In this document: positions 37,536-49,500 of the stretch, one piece after another
Layout: each line of letters opens with the position of its first letter
How positions within the stretch are numbered: the first letter of the stretch is position 1
Source of the DNA: Pocillopora damicornis
Lineage: Eukaryota
Assembly: GCF_003704095.1 (NCBI RefSeq)
Contig: NW_020847344.1
Coordinates: forward strand, 355,696-419,695
Reading direction: 5' to 3'
Length of the DNA stretch: 64,000 bases
Translations under genes and position numbers: made by a program
Notes under the pieces: model-generated
The model's database searches: none
Seen by the model: the letters and a program-made list of their open reading frames with translations, nothing else
Told to the model about the DNA's origin: nothing

Positions 37536-40019
37536 AGACCGATAACGAGAGCTCAGGAGTACAGTACAGTACTCAGTAATTTTAAGGTGAACTTTCTTCG
37601 TCAATATGATAACAGACTGGTTTTAAACTGTAAGTTCTGTCTGTGCACTCGCACTTAAAAACAGTAATGGAACCAAAAAATAAAGGACTTAGATTTGAAA
37701 AAGAAAAAATATAAAGATTTAGAATCTTTGGTTTAAAGCATTGATTCAGCACACTAACCAATTGGAAAGTTCCTTTTAAAGATGGACGATTCAAATGGCA
37801 ATAAATAGTGGTGGGAAAAGATCTGTGTATACCTGCCGTGTGTATCACATTTTACACAGACAAGAGTTGTCGCCGGAAAGAATTAATGACATGAATAATT
37901 TAATAAATAAGATTGTTGATGGTTTGTCTTGTCATTTGCTGATTTTTCTATCGCCACCTAAACTGCAGCACGTTTATTACTGTATTTAATTTTTGTCGGC
38001 TTTTATGAACACTTTCCTTATCTGAATCTGAGAGACGTGAATTTGACATTTCAGACCGTAACTGAGTAATATTTTCTTTATAACACCTTGAAGGAGGATT
38101 AAACAACAAAAAAATCGCTTACTAGAACATTTCAGTTGAAAGAAGGGACCAAGAATATTCAGCTCATCTTTCCACACTGAGACAATTCCTTCTCTAATGC
38201 CTTCAGGAGCCTTTGCGTCAATCACACGCGAGGTAGCCGCGCGCGATAAAGTTCGTGCTCCGCATCACGTTTGTATGAGGTGTCGACGACAACATGTTGA
38301 AAAATACGTAAAAAATCCTCTGATGCGCACCAGATCCTTTTTTCCCCTACGGTCATATCAAACATTTCTTGGCTTTTATTTAAAGATTCGGTAAAAGACA
38401 TTCAATGTAGCAAAGAAAACGGTATTTTCTTATGGAAAATAACTGTAAATACAAATTGAGTAAGGAAGTAGTATATTTAAAGAAAGTAAAATTTTTCACT
38501 TATAGACTGATATATATCGAATTAGAGTGGATTGTAGAGTAATATATTATTGTATTGACTTATGGTCAAGCATTATTTTCAATGAAAGTTCCAGAATTGT
38601 CCGCTAAAACACGGGTCACCATTATTTATGATGATAGTTTGAAATTCAACCTGATTCATCGATTTTATTAGTTTCCAGGGTCTTATTTCAACTCTTTAGC
38701 GAGCTTAAAATAACTTACCTCCCATGAATACTTCATTATCTAAATTCGACTAACTTTACTTAATAGCATATGCCATGAAACCAAGTAGGAAAAATTGCCC
38801 GTGTAAACATAACTTGTTTCTCCTCAAACGAAACATTGCATCCACCCACAACTCAGATGATTTTCGGAGCAGACTTGACTAAACCGAGTGTCTTGGAAAA
38901 TTTGTTGCAATCGCCAGTTCCTTCATTTTTCTGGAGACCGCATGTTCATTTTGTTGTTTTATTCAGTGGAGTACTCACGATCGAAGTTTATAATTTTTCC
39001 CAAATCCTTTTTTCATTCCCTTACCCTTGCAACTAAGCGATTAAAAACCTAGAAACTCCATTTTTGGTGTTTAATACGAGGGTGTCTTGGTCGTGTTACG
39101 TTTATTTGACTACAGTGCTGGGTACTCCTCAGCCTTTTCAGATGTATCGGTGGAAAATCTAGAAGAAAAAAAAAGACGAAATACATTTAGAGAATTATTG
39201 AAATTGGTAAAGGTAGTGGCAACTTTGCGCTTAATTATAAGAGTAGTCGGATATACAGAAATAAAAGCAATAACTTTAAAATTGAGAAAAAGTTTTCATT
39301 GCAGCTGTTCCCGTTACGGGAATTGCTACGAATTGCAAATTTGCGTGCCGCCTTTTGTTGAAAAAGCGGAACATATCCCACGGTGTTTGGAGATTGGCAA
39401 TGGAGTATATAATAATAGCAAAATAGCCTTGATAAACTATTTTGGAACGAATTTCACTTTGCAGTTTATCTATATAGCATTACATGAGTTCTTGCAATAC
39501 AAAAAATACATCCGCTTTTACTGAATTAGTAAAATTTACAAGCCATTAACCATTTTTTCGTGATTCGGGGGGATAAATTTTTTTTCATTAGCGAACCAAA
39601 CGTTGTCATCTGCCTCTGTTTGATCGAGGTTCAAAACATCTGTCTCAACGTGAAGATTAACATACTGCCTGATTATCATAACTGACCTCTTATTTTTTTT
39701 CTTTATTTTTCTTTTTGTCGTCTAAGTAAAAGAAAATCGCATTTCAGTCGCAAGCTGCGAAGGAAGTCATCTACTAATCAGCTAAATTTGTGATATCGGC
39801 CAAGAATTGGTGTAATTCGGGATTTCGTTTTTACACAGCGTTCTAAGCAATATTTTTTCATTGACAATCTTTGTGAGGAATCCGCCAATCAGCAGATATT
39901 CAATTACAATGGGCTTTTGTTCAATTATTTTCCTTGACAACCGCACTGTATAATTGGGATCAAATGTGTCTCACTTGTCTGTGAGAACAATAGACTGTGG
40001 AGGGCGGCTTTGTTACCAA

Positions 40020-40330
40020 CTTCCGCCATTCTCCGCCATACGGCATGCTTTCAATTCCTAGAATTCTATTGGCTCACAGCGGAACAAAGCGCCCCACACG
40101 CAGAATAGCCACAAGGAAAACAGATATTGTTCCATTCGGCATTGTTCAAAGACGGCTTGGATTTCCACCATTTGTTTCTATTCCAGTGTTGAAACTTCGC
40201 CTCGGGACCACCAAGAAGGTTCCGAGTTGAAGATTTGCGTCTGAAATTCGAGCTCGCTAGTTTGTATAACTCGCGCGTTTTGCGCCTCGTGACGTGTTTC
40301 CTATTCTATCACGTGATTACAAGAAATGTC
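40020..40330 (+). promoter_or_regulatory. Putative Sox gene promoter / 5'UTR motif cluster: tandem YY1-like CCGCCAT x2, inverted CCAAT (CTATTGGCT), CRE-like TGACGTG, perfect palindromic E-box ATCACGTGAT
   Basis: ccgccattctccgccatacgg…ctattggctcacagcgg…ttttgcgcctcgtgacgtgtttcctattctatcacgtgattac lies immediately 5' of the Sox ATG at 40375. Confidence 0.4.
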
Positions 40331-40374
40331 ATTTGTGTTCCAGTGATATTGCTAGTTGTGATCAAACTCCAACA

Positions 40375-41724
40375 ATGGCTACGGTTGCGAGTGGAATGAA
40401 TAACGCGATCCCAAACGGACCTGAACTTGGTGAAGTGAAAATAGAGAAAGTAGATCAGATCAAGACGAGCGATCAGAACTTCAACTGGAAAATAACGACG
40501 ACGGTGCCTTCATATAACGATGCCAATTCCCTGAACACAACAACAACCGTAACAGAAAACACGTCTTCGGACAACAGTAATAATGTAGTAGTGGCAGAAT
40601 GTCCTCAAATCGATGCTGCTACTCTAAAGCTTGCTACTTTGCCAATGAAGACACAGATCATGCCTGGCCCTTACTCTGAAGTTCAGCTGCCCAAGAAGGA
40701 AAATCATGTCAAACGGCCGATGAATTCGTTCATGGTTTGGGCGCAGTCAGCGAGAAGAAAACTCGCCGAACAGTACCCGCACGTACATAATGCTGAATTA
40801 AGCAAAATGCTCGGAAAACTCTGGCGAATGCTTCCCCCCGCTGAAAAGCAACCGTACGTGGATGAGGCGGCAAGGCTAGACAAAAGACACAAAGAGGAAT
40901 TTCCAGACTATAAATATCGACCAAGAAGGAAGCAGAAACCGATGAAACGTCCGTATGTTCAAACGCGAGTTGCTGTGACACCCGGGTGGCCTGCTGGACA
41001 GGCTCAAACTCCAATCGCAATGAACGGGACGGCTACCATCGCAGCTCAAAACGGTACCTTTCCCACTACAGCCTTGACACAGAATTCCCAAGTGGCTCAG
41101 GTTTTTCCTCAAGGAATTCAGACAGTCCCAGTACAAGCAGTGAACAATGGAGGCACGGTAACGTATGCGCCAATCGGTAGTGTAGGATACGTACCAACGA
41201 CTCCTATTCCGGGAGGAAGTATGATTCTACGACCAACGTTCGTTACAACTGCAGTAACGAATCCAACATCAATCCAACCTGCAGCTTCTGTAACCGTGCA
41301 GGCGGTCAGATCTACCGTAGCAACAACTCTGGCGACTCCAAGTTATGCTATCCCGTTAACACAGTACGCTGGAGCGCCGATTATTGTTTCGAGCGGTGTC
41401 AATAACCTGGTTAACTCTACCGACAATACAAACATGGCTACAGAAAAACCTACGGAAAACGTACCTCTGGCTACCATAAGCATTCCCGCTTCAATGGCTG
41501 GGCCCATGAACAATCATTTCGCCACTATTGCGGCTGCAGGACTTGTGGCGCCTAATTCGGATCCTGTCCAACCCAAAACCTCGGAAAGCCAACATGCGGT
41601 GGATAATAATTCCGTTCTGACTGTTTCTGTGTCGAGAAATGGCACTGAGAACCAAGTTGATGCGTCAAACGCAGAGCATCCACAGAGTATTGAGGTGAAA
41701 ACAGCTGAGGGATGTCGGATTTAA
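40375..41724 (+). CDS. Sox-family HMG-box transcription factor, SoxE-like (Sox8/9/10 group); single uninterrupted 450-codon ORF
   Basis: The HMG box is [76 protein letters not shown]. This is very close to vertebrate SOX9/10 ([77 protein letters not shown]). The likely start is ccaacaATGGct at 40375; the track ORF begins earlier at 40294, which is a non-ATG. The C-terminus is T/V/P/A/N-rich low complexity. No intron is required, since the frame is open from 40294 to the stop at 41722-41724. Confidence 0.85.
   Translation: MATVASGMNNAIPNGPELGEVKIEKVDQIKTSDQNFNWKITTTVPSYNDANSLNTTTTVTENTSSDNSNNVVVAECPQIDAATLKLATLPMKTQIMPGPYSEVQLPKKENHVKRPMNSFMVWAQSARRKLAEQYPHVHNAELSKMLGKLWRMLPPAEKQPYVDEAARLDKRHKEEFPDYKYRPRRKQKPMKRPYVQTRVAVTPGWPAGQAQTPIAMNGTATIAAQNGTFPTTALTQNSQVAQVFPQGIQTVPVQAVNNGGTVTYAPIGSVGYVPTTPIPGGSMILRPTFVTTAVTNPTSIQPAASVTVQAVRSTVATTLATPSYAIPLTQYAGAPIIVSSGVNNLVNSTDNTNMATEKPTENVPLATISIPASMAGPMNNHFATIAAAGLVAPNSDPVQPKTSESQHAVDNNSVLTVSVSRNGTENQVDASNAEHPQSIEVKTAEGCRI
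40705..40932 (+). other. HMG-box DNA-binding domain coding segment of the Sox gene
   Basis: RPMNSFMVW…[10 protein letters not shown] sequence-specific HMG box (Sox signature RPMNAFMVW). Confidence 0.85.
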
Positions 41725-44700
41725 TCTTAAATTACTGGCTGCCTCATAAATCTCGGTAGGCCATAGCGTGCAAGTACTAACCCTAAATTTTGTGTTTATT
41801 TATTTACTGTTAGTAATTTGTAACATGGTACTTTTCTTACGACTTCCTCGCTCGCTAGAACAGTCGTGTTACTCTCTGACTGTGGGTTCTCTCTGTCTTG
41901 CGATTGTAAATTCAGTGCACGTGTGACAGGCCTTTCTATTGTGTACCTAGTTGATGTACACTTGCATCAAGGGTCGACAATCTGGAGGCCACAAATGATT
42001 GTTCTTACAGAATGAGTTTATTATGTTTTTGCCCAATGTGCTTCACACGTCATCGCCTCTCTCTTTTGTACGATCCTTTCTACAAGAATGTACTCGTAGT
42101 ATTTTCTATTGTTCGGCAGTATACTCCGGTTCAAAAGATTTTTAATTGTATGTGAAATTAACAATTGTGACATGTTTGTTTCGTTTTAAAGCACGTTCAG
42201 CCCAGCGCTAAGCTGTAGTTTTACCGCGCACTATTCTAATTATGCCTGCGATTTCACACGCCTTCCAAAAGCAAGGTGTGTCTGAAGACAGTTCCAGTAT
42301 GTTCGAATCCTGACTTATTCGAACGATCAATCATTCGATTCGTGTGACCGATCATTCGTTCGTATACAAATAGCAATAGCGCTTTATTTATTGCGAACGG
42401 TGAAGACTGCAGTTGCTATTTATTTTATTGAATGGGGTATATTTGTCAGAGGTTAAAGGATATTACGAAATTACTTGTTTAAAATGATTATTACTTAGTG
42501 CGATTTCGTGAAAAAAAAAAACATCTGAAAGACATAAGCTCGAATGGTTTCTAAGCCATTTGTTTCTTTGAGCATTTGAAAAGGTTTTATTGTTTAATTT
42601 GACAGGACTGTGTACATTTCAAGAGAGATTTGTGATTACGAAACTGCTTGTCAATTGTTTTGAATTATTTCTGATCAAAATTTGGACAGACTAAGACATG
42701 TTGGTCGACAAATAGTTTTTTTTACCTTCAGTTGTTAATAATTTCAAGTACAGTTCTAGAAAAGAACATGAAAAATCAAGGAAAATCTTATATTGTATGT
42801 TTTGAATACTTTTGGTGATAACTTTTTTCTGGCATGTAATTTTGGTTGCTCACTGCTAACATTTCCTTGCAACAAATTAGAGCTTTGGTTTTCTGAGGAG
42901 TAAATTACTGCTGTGGTAGGTTAAATAAGTGTGAGACATCGGGCAAAGCATAGAAAAAAGGTCTTGTTATTTTATGGGGCTGGAGTTTGTTTGTTAGTTT
43001 GGCTCTCAAAGTCAAAAGACAAGTGCCATAAGGTATGCATGCAGAAGATCTGGGTCAAATCCTAAATATTAAATTCTACAATTGTTCTTGTCTGAGCTGA
43101 TAAATGTGAAGATGCAAACCAAAGTGTTGAAATTCTTCTGTGGCAAAATGTATGTAGATGATATTCCTTATTGTTCATTGTTCTTAGAAAGTTAAGCTTT
43201 TTCAATGGAAATCTTACTATTTCCAAGATTATTTTGTTCTTTTGAAACCAGCCCTGAGAAATTGTTTTTGTTTTAATTTTGAGCTTGAATGAGTAATTTT
43301 ACCCTGCATGTATACTTTATGACACTTTTTCTTGAGAGTACTATAATCTCCTTTTTAATTGCACAAGTGGACATTCACTTCTCAGTGAATAATTTTTTTC
43401 ATTTCTTTATTATTACATAATACTCATTATAAAGTTATTCTTAAGACAAAGTTGATCACATAAAACTGCTTCAGTGTTGGTGCAATGAACTTTTTATTTT
43501 CTTTTGTTTTGTAAAATGTAGCAGCATATTTATGAAAGAATACACATTCATCTTTCTGTAACAAAGATTAACTGTAATGGTATCTAGTTACTTTAGACTT
43601 CAAGAGCCATTTGTCTTATTTAAGTGTAGAAGTTTGTATTTTAAGGTGACTGTGTGTTAGTAGTGTACGTTCATCTTGTGACAGTGTTTATTACTGTACT
43701 TTTCATGTTTTTGTATTGTTTGTTTGCTATCATTGCTGAGGATGTTAAATTAATAGCAAAAACTATTGTTAAAGAAGAAAACATGAGAGACAATGTGCAG
43801 TTTAACAATCCAGTTCAGAATGTAAATTTAAGGTGGTGACAAAGTTTTTTACAGAATGTGAGACAGGTATACACACCGCAATCAGACATAGAATTTATGT
43901 TAAAGATAAACACCATGGAACCCCAATTCTTTGCCAAGGGTGGGATATGCTTACTACCTGTTATGCAGAGTTGACATTAATTGATATTTTCCAAAAGGTT
44001 GATGTTGAATAGTTAAACAATAGTAGTATGGAATGGTAGAATTCTAAATGTGATGATATAGGCTTATTTAACAAGGATTACATTACCATTCATATTCAAA
44101 GTAGTTTATAGACACAAAAAGTTAATAAATGATGAAAATACACACCATTCATTTATTGTATGAAAATAGATAAGCCAGGTTTCAATGCTATTACACAGTT
44201 GATTTTACTTTTTCAAATTATGATGGTAGAAGTAATCTAGTAATCAAGTCATAGGTAAATCAAAATAGTATGCTGAATCTCTAGGCTAATAAACAGTGAA
44301 TAGATTTTTACCATTTGTAAGATATTTTATGCCTCTGGTTACTGTGTAACTGACAGAGTAATTACCAGTAACTTTCTAAGATTTATGTGAACTTCATATT
44401 ATTGTAAAGAAAGGATTTGACTGTTTTGTGAAAGCCTTTGGTACAAGTTTTATTCATTATCATTAAGCAAATTCTTGGTATCTTGGAGATAGACCCATGC
44501 ACGCTACAAGTGCATTAGATTTTGATGAACTAGAGGAAGGCTGAAATGTTAATCTTTAAGTAGTACTGTACATTATGGTAGCAACTTCCCTCCTTTCATT
44601 TCTGTTGCCCTCCTTTTTTTATACCAAATGCAAAATACATTAAGAACCCATAATCTGATCAAAAGTCCTTGCTTTTGATCACACATCGTTCTGTGAAGGG

Positions 44701-46590
44701 AAAACCATTCAGGCCTTTCTCTTGTTTGTCTGGTGTATGGTATATTGGCAGTCGGCTCTGCATACGTTCATTATTAATCAGAAAATCATTATTTAAAATG
44801 TAGTGTTTTTAATTCAGAATAAACGTAATGAACATCTTTATGAATTTTGTGAATTTTTCACTTGCTTGTGTCATAGTGTATCTGATATTAAGTGTGATCT
44901 GCTGCACTTTCCCCTGTAATCATTTTATTAAACAGAAACTCAGGTGCTCTAGTATTTTAAATGTCATAAACTGTTATTACAGTGCCAGTATAAAAGTGCA
45001 AATTGAATTGGAAAGACTCAAAAGATATGGAGCCAGTTAACTAATTACTGGGCTTGGAAATCTACAAATGAGAACAACTTAACTTCTGACAAGTCTGTTG
45101 CTATTCATACTCAGTCAATTCCCTATTATCTCAAACAGGAGGTTGTGATCCTTTTACTCTCATTGATTTAGTATTGGCATGATTAAGAACCTGCTTTCAA
45201 GGTTTTTATAAAGTCAAGGCCAGTTTACTTTATAGCCTTGAGCTCTATTGTAGAATGGAAAACCAAATTGAATGTATTCAAAACTACAACAGCATCCATG
45301 TCTCCTTCCTAGATAAAATACCTTACAATCCCACGTTAATTTCCAGAGAATGTTTTGAAGTGGTCCTGCATGGTTCAAGTGTTACAAGCTCTAGTCCAGC
45401 TCAATGGGTTTCTTCTTTGAGGCAAAAATAGAAATTCAACTCTCACAGTGCACACTGCTATTGTAAACCTGACTTCTTTCTGAGTCTAGCAATTGTAAAT
45501 TTCCTTTGAGAAGGTTACAGAATCCAAGGAAAGCAACAGCTGAAGTGGGTTTCTGTGATCCCTAAAATACTGTTTTTAACACCCATAACATCTTTCTTCA
45601 TCAGTATTTTAAAATAGATTGAACAGCAAAATAAGACAAAGTTTCAACAAAAAGATGAAGTTTCTTAATAGTGTAATTTGATAATTTAAATTTAATAATT
45701 TGAATCCTGACAACTTTTATACAACAATATATAATTACACCATTAATTATTATGTTAAAGTAAGCATTCTTGATTCCTTGACTTGCCTTCGAGAAAAGCA
45801 ATACACAGGTCTGCAAAGTACATTAGCTAACCACTGCTCTAATTTCTAACATTTACTGCAACAGTTTCCTGACCCTTCTACAGGATCTTAATTTTGAAAA
45901 AAAAAAAACCTTAAATAATTTGTGAAAACATATCCAACTTAAGAAATCATTAGCTTAAAAGGTAAATAAACTTCTTGTTTTACTAGCTTTAAATAGTTTC
46001 AGTTTCTTCTGAGCATTCTAAGCTTGAGGAATTTCTCCTTGCTGACACAGTATTATGCTCTATTATTTGCAACATTTTCCTCTGGGACTTAAATATTCAA
46101 TACATCTCATGTTTAAGTTATTGTAATCCAATTCTTTTGTAGCTGAATCAGTGGCCATTTCCTCTTTTCATATGTTGGCCAAATAACCCATCAGAAACAG
46201 TATACAACAATACTTGAAGTTGTGGTTCTAAAATATATTACATGTCCAGAAGTATAACCAACTTGGCCAGTTAGCTCTAAAAATAAGTTATGACTTAACT
46301 TTTTCATCAGCTCTTGAAGAGTGAATGGTTTCTTTTGTACAACATGTCTTTCACAAAAGCCTGATTTCAAAGGCTGCATAAATTCATCTGCCTACACATC
46401 CAATTAATAACATTTCAGAAATGAAAGGGTAAACATATTTAACAATAATCATTTGTGATAATTTTAAAATATCATTCAGTTTAAAAACTTTCCTGAACAA
46501 TGAATAAATGCATGTCATCATCATCCTTCCATTTTGTTTTAAGAGTAGAATGGATCTGCAATTTGGTTCACAATAAATATGAGTAGATGC

Positions 46591-49500
46591 TCATTTCATT
46601 TCTTGCACCTTCAAGCAAAATGGCAATAACCCTTTCTTAGATTTTCCTCCTCGCAGACGTAGATCCAACCACTTCTGCCTGTTAGGAATTGTCTTGTCAT
46701 TGAGGACATCAATGTCATATGCATCAATATCCACCCCTGATAATGATGACAGAACTGAACTACTACTCATGGTACTAGCATTAGATTCAAATTCCCCATC
46801 ATTATCTTCAACACTTGATTTCTTCTTCCTTGGCTGCAACATCAGCAGACCGATAGCACCATCAAGATGCCGAAACACATCTAACTTCAAGAGGTGTGAC
46901 TGAATTTCAGATGAGAGGTTGCTTGAGTCAGACGCAATCCATACTTTGATGTAACCAAAATCTAAGCTAAGCTGCTGGGCACCATAAAAGCTGTGGAATT
47001 GATTTGAAAAGGAAAATAAATTCTTCACTTGCTGACTTCCTCTGTAATCAATACCACAATTGACTGGCAGCTCCTTCATTGTACAATCGTACAATGAAGG
47101 ACCTTAGACAATGAATCAAAAGAAAGCTATTAAGCCAGTTTCAAAGCTCCTAATCAGAGTATCTACTCAATAATTCCAGCCTGGGCTGTGCATAAGGAAA
47201 ATTCAACAATGATCACTGATAATTGAAAATGTTCCTCTCTTTTCCAGCTATTTTTCACTTTTGTTGTCTCACCAACTTGTCAGTTTTTGTGTTACTTAAG
47301 CCTGATCTTTCAAGCAAGGTTTAACATGAAGCCCTGTGGGGTGGGGCTGGTTGTCTTTTTCCAGAGATATCTGCATTTAAACACATTCTTTCTGAAATGC
47401 TAGTGAAAAGGCCATCATATACTACAAATTCTTACCTAAAAACAATTTCCTCTTTGAGAATGAAATCACTCCATGATTCCATCATGGTGTTGACAACAAG
47501 GGTCAGAACATTCAGTCGACTTTCAAAAGACAAACCCATGGAGCTCTCTACAACTGGTTCCAAAATCTGAAACACTGCGTGTTCTACATATTGGCTCCGC
47601 TGATGAGGAATCCCTGATTATAAGTATTACAAAACAAGTCATAAGAGAAAATGAGATATCATCAAAATTAAGTCATGCTATTAAGTCTGGCTCTCTTGAG
47701 AACAACTGTTAGGGTTGCCTGGGTTTTCTGTATTATGCTAGGAAAAAAGAATTTTCTTAGTTCATCTGGTTGATTAACTTTTTCAGTTGTCATCAAACCA
47801 AAATGAGACAACCAAAAAAATAACATGCATGCACATTTAATGAAGCAACCAAAATAATGCAACTTTCTCAAGACACCACTGGTGATTTCCTTCAATTCCT
47901 TTTCAAGCAATTTCTTTAAAAAATTTGAGTTGCCAAACTGGAGGGACAGGTTATCTGCAGTGCAACTTACATGCCTATGTTTACAATACTTTTAGGGTGA
48001 GTTGATAGAGCTGGTCCTATTTCACAGATGGATTCATAAGCATGCAAATCAGCAAAAAGCCATGGGAATCACACCAAAAGACCAAAATTGACTACAGTCA
48101 AACCTCGATTATCCGGACCCCAATTATCCGGACTATTCGATTATCTGGACTTTCTTCTCTGGTCCCAATTTTCCATGAATATTAATTAGTTGTGATCTTG
48201 AAAACTCAAAGTCGCAAAAAGCCCAATGATTCTTTCAAAAGACTGTTGAAACAGCATATTATCCTGTGCGCTTTTCAAAATTTGAAAGTGCGACGAGACA
48301 AAGAAATATTCTGATGCGTTCTGCGAAAATATGGTTGGCTCAATTGTTTTGTTGCCGAGGGAATTTCATGCTTGATTAGTTCCTTCCGCATGGGTTATGT
48401 AAACACATGAGCGATCAATAATTATTGTAAACTCAAATAAAAAACATGCCTACGAAGCAAAAGCTAGCCGTTCTATTGATTAAAGATAAGCAGATAATTA
48501 TTTCACATTTCTATCTCATTAATATTCATATTTTCAATTATCCGGACTATTTACCGAGGTCCCGATGAGTCCGGATAATCAAGGTTCGACTGTACTGTGT
48601 TTCCCCTGAACTTCTGAATGTGTAGAAATGTGATCACAGCTTTTACCATAAATTAAGGCAAAAAAAAAAAAAAAAAAAAAAGAATAACATCAGAAAATAT
48701 TCTGTTGGGAGATTTTGACCACTTCAGCCTAAACTAGTTGTGGCCTAAACAGTTAATCCCAGTGGAGGGTGATTTTAGTTTCAAATGATGGAAGTAAGGT
48801 TAGAGTTAGGGTTCCATTAATTTTACCAGAGTGGCGACTCTTCTTCCAACTCTTGCCAACAGGCATGGCCTCCTGAAAGAATTCTGTTGAAATTTTTGTC
48901 AGATCTCTTGAGAACAGAACCCATGACTTCTTCAATAAACCCTAGTGAACAGAAAAATCACAGGTTTTGCAAAGAGCACATCACAATCAAAATATATGCA
49001 ACTACCAGATCTTGGCACGAAGTATAAAGAACTTATTCCTGCCAGTCTCAGAAACCACCTTGCAACTTGAAACATTTTCAAGTGAATCCATAACACCTTT
49101 GTGCAGACTTAACAAAGTACTCTAAGATGGTGGCTGAGGACAATCAGACACATTTGATTGCTAAGCACTATATGACAATAATAAAGAAAATGTTGAAGAT
49201 GGACAACATTTATGACATTTCACATCAAGGAAATGACAAGAACTGACCTCCAAGTTGCTTCTTTGCTCCTGTAAAAGACTGTACTGTACAGAAAGAGAGT
49301 TCCAACTGATGCTATCACTGTGAACTGCACTCAGTGACTGTACAAGGAAAAATGTCTTCTTCACTGACTGTAGAAAAAGTGGTAAGTCCCACTGTGTCAG
49401 AAGCAGAAACTGCTCAAGGGACCATAAGGATAAAAAATGATGTATTTTGGTATCAAACCAGTTAAATCCAAAGGACAGCAACGAATGAAAGCGGCACAGA

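Noticed and set aside
39087-39524. 145-aa ORF (plus strand) between MVP and Sox
   Set aside because: It has low-complexity composition (K/L/I/Y-rich) and no recognisable domain. It begins at a non-ATG 'M' of the track, and no splice-compatible partners were found. I judged it a chance ORF in AT-rich intergenic DNA.
40294-40374. ORF-track start of the Sox ORF at 40294
   Set aside because: The track marks non-ATG codons as M. The first real ATG with a good context (caacaATGGc) is at 40375, so the region 40294-40374 is probably 5'UTR that happens to be in frame.
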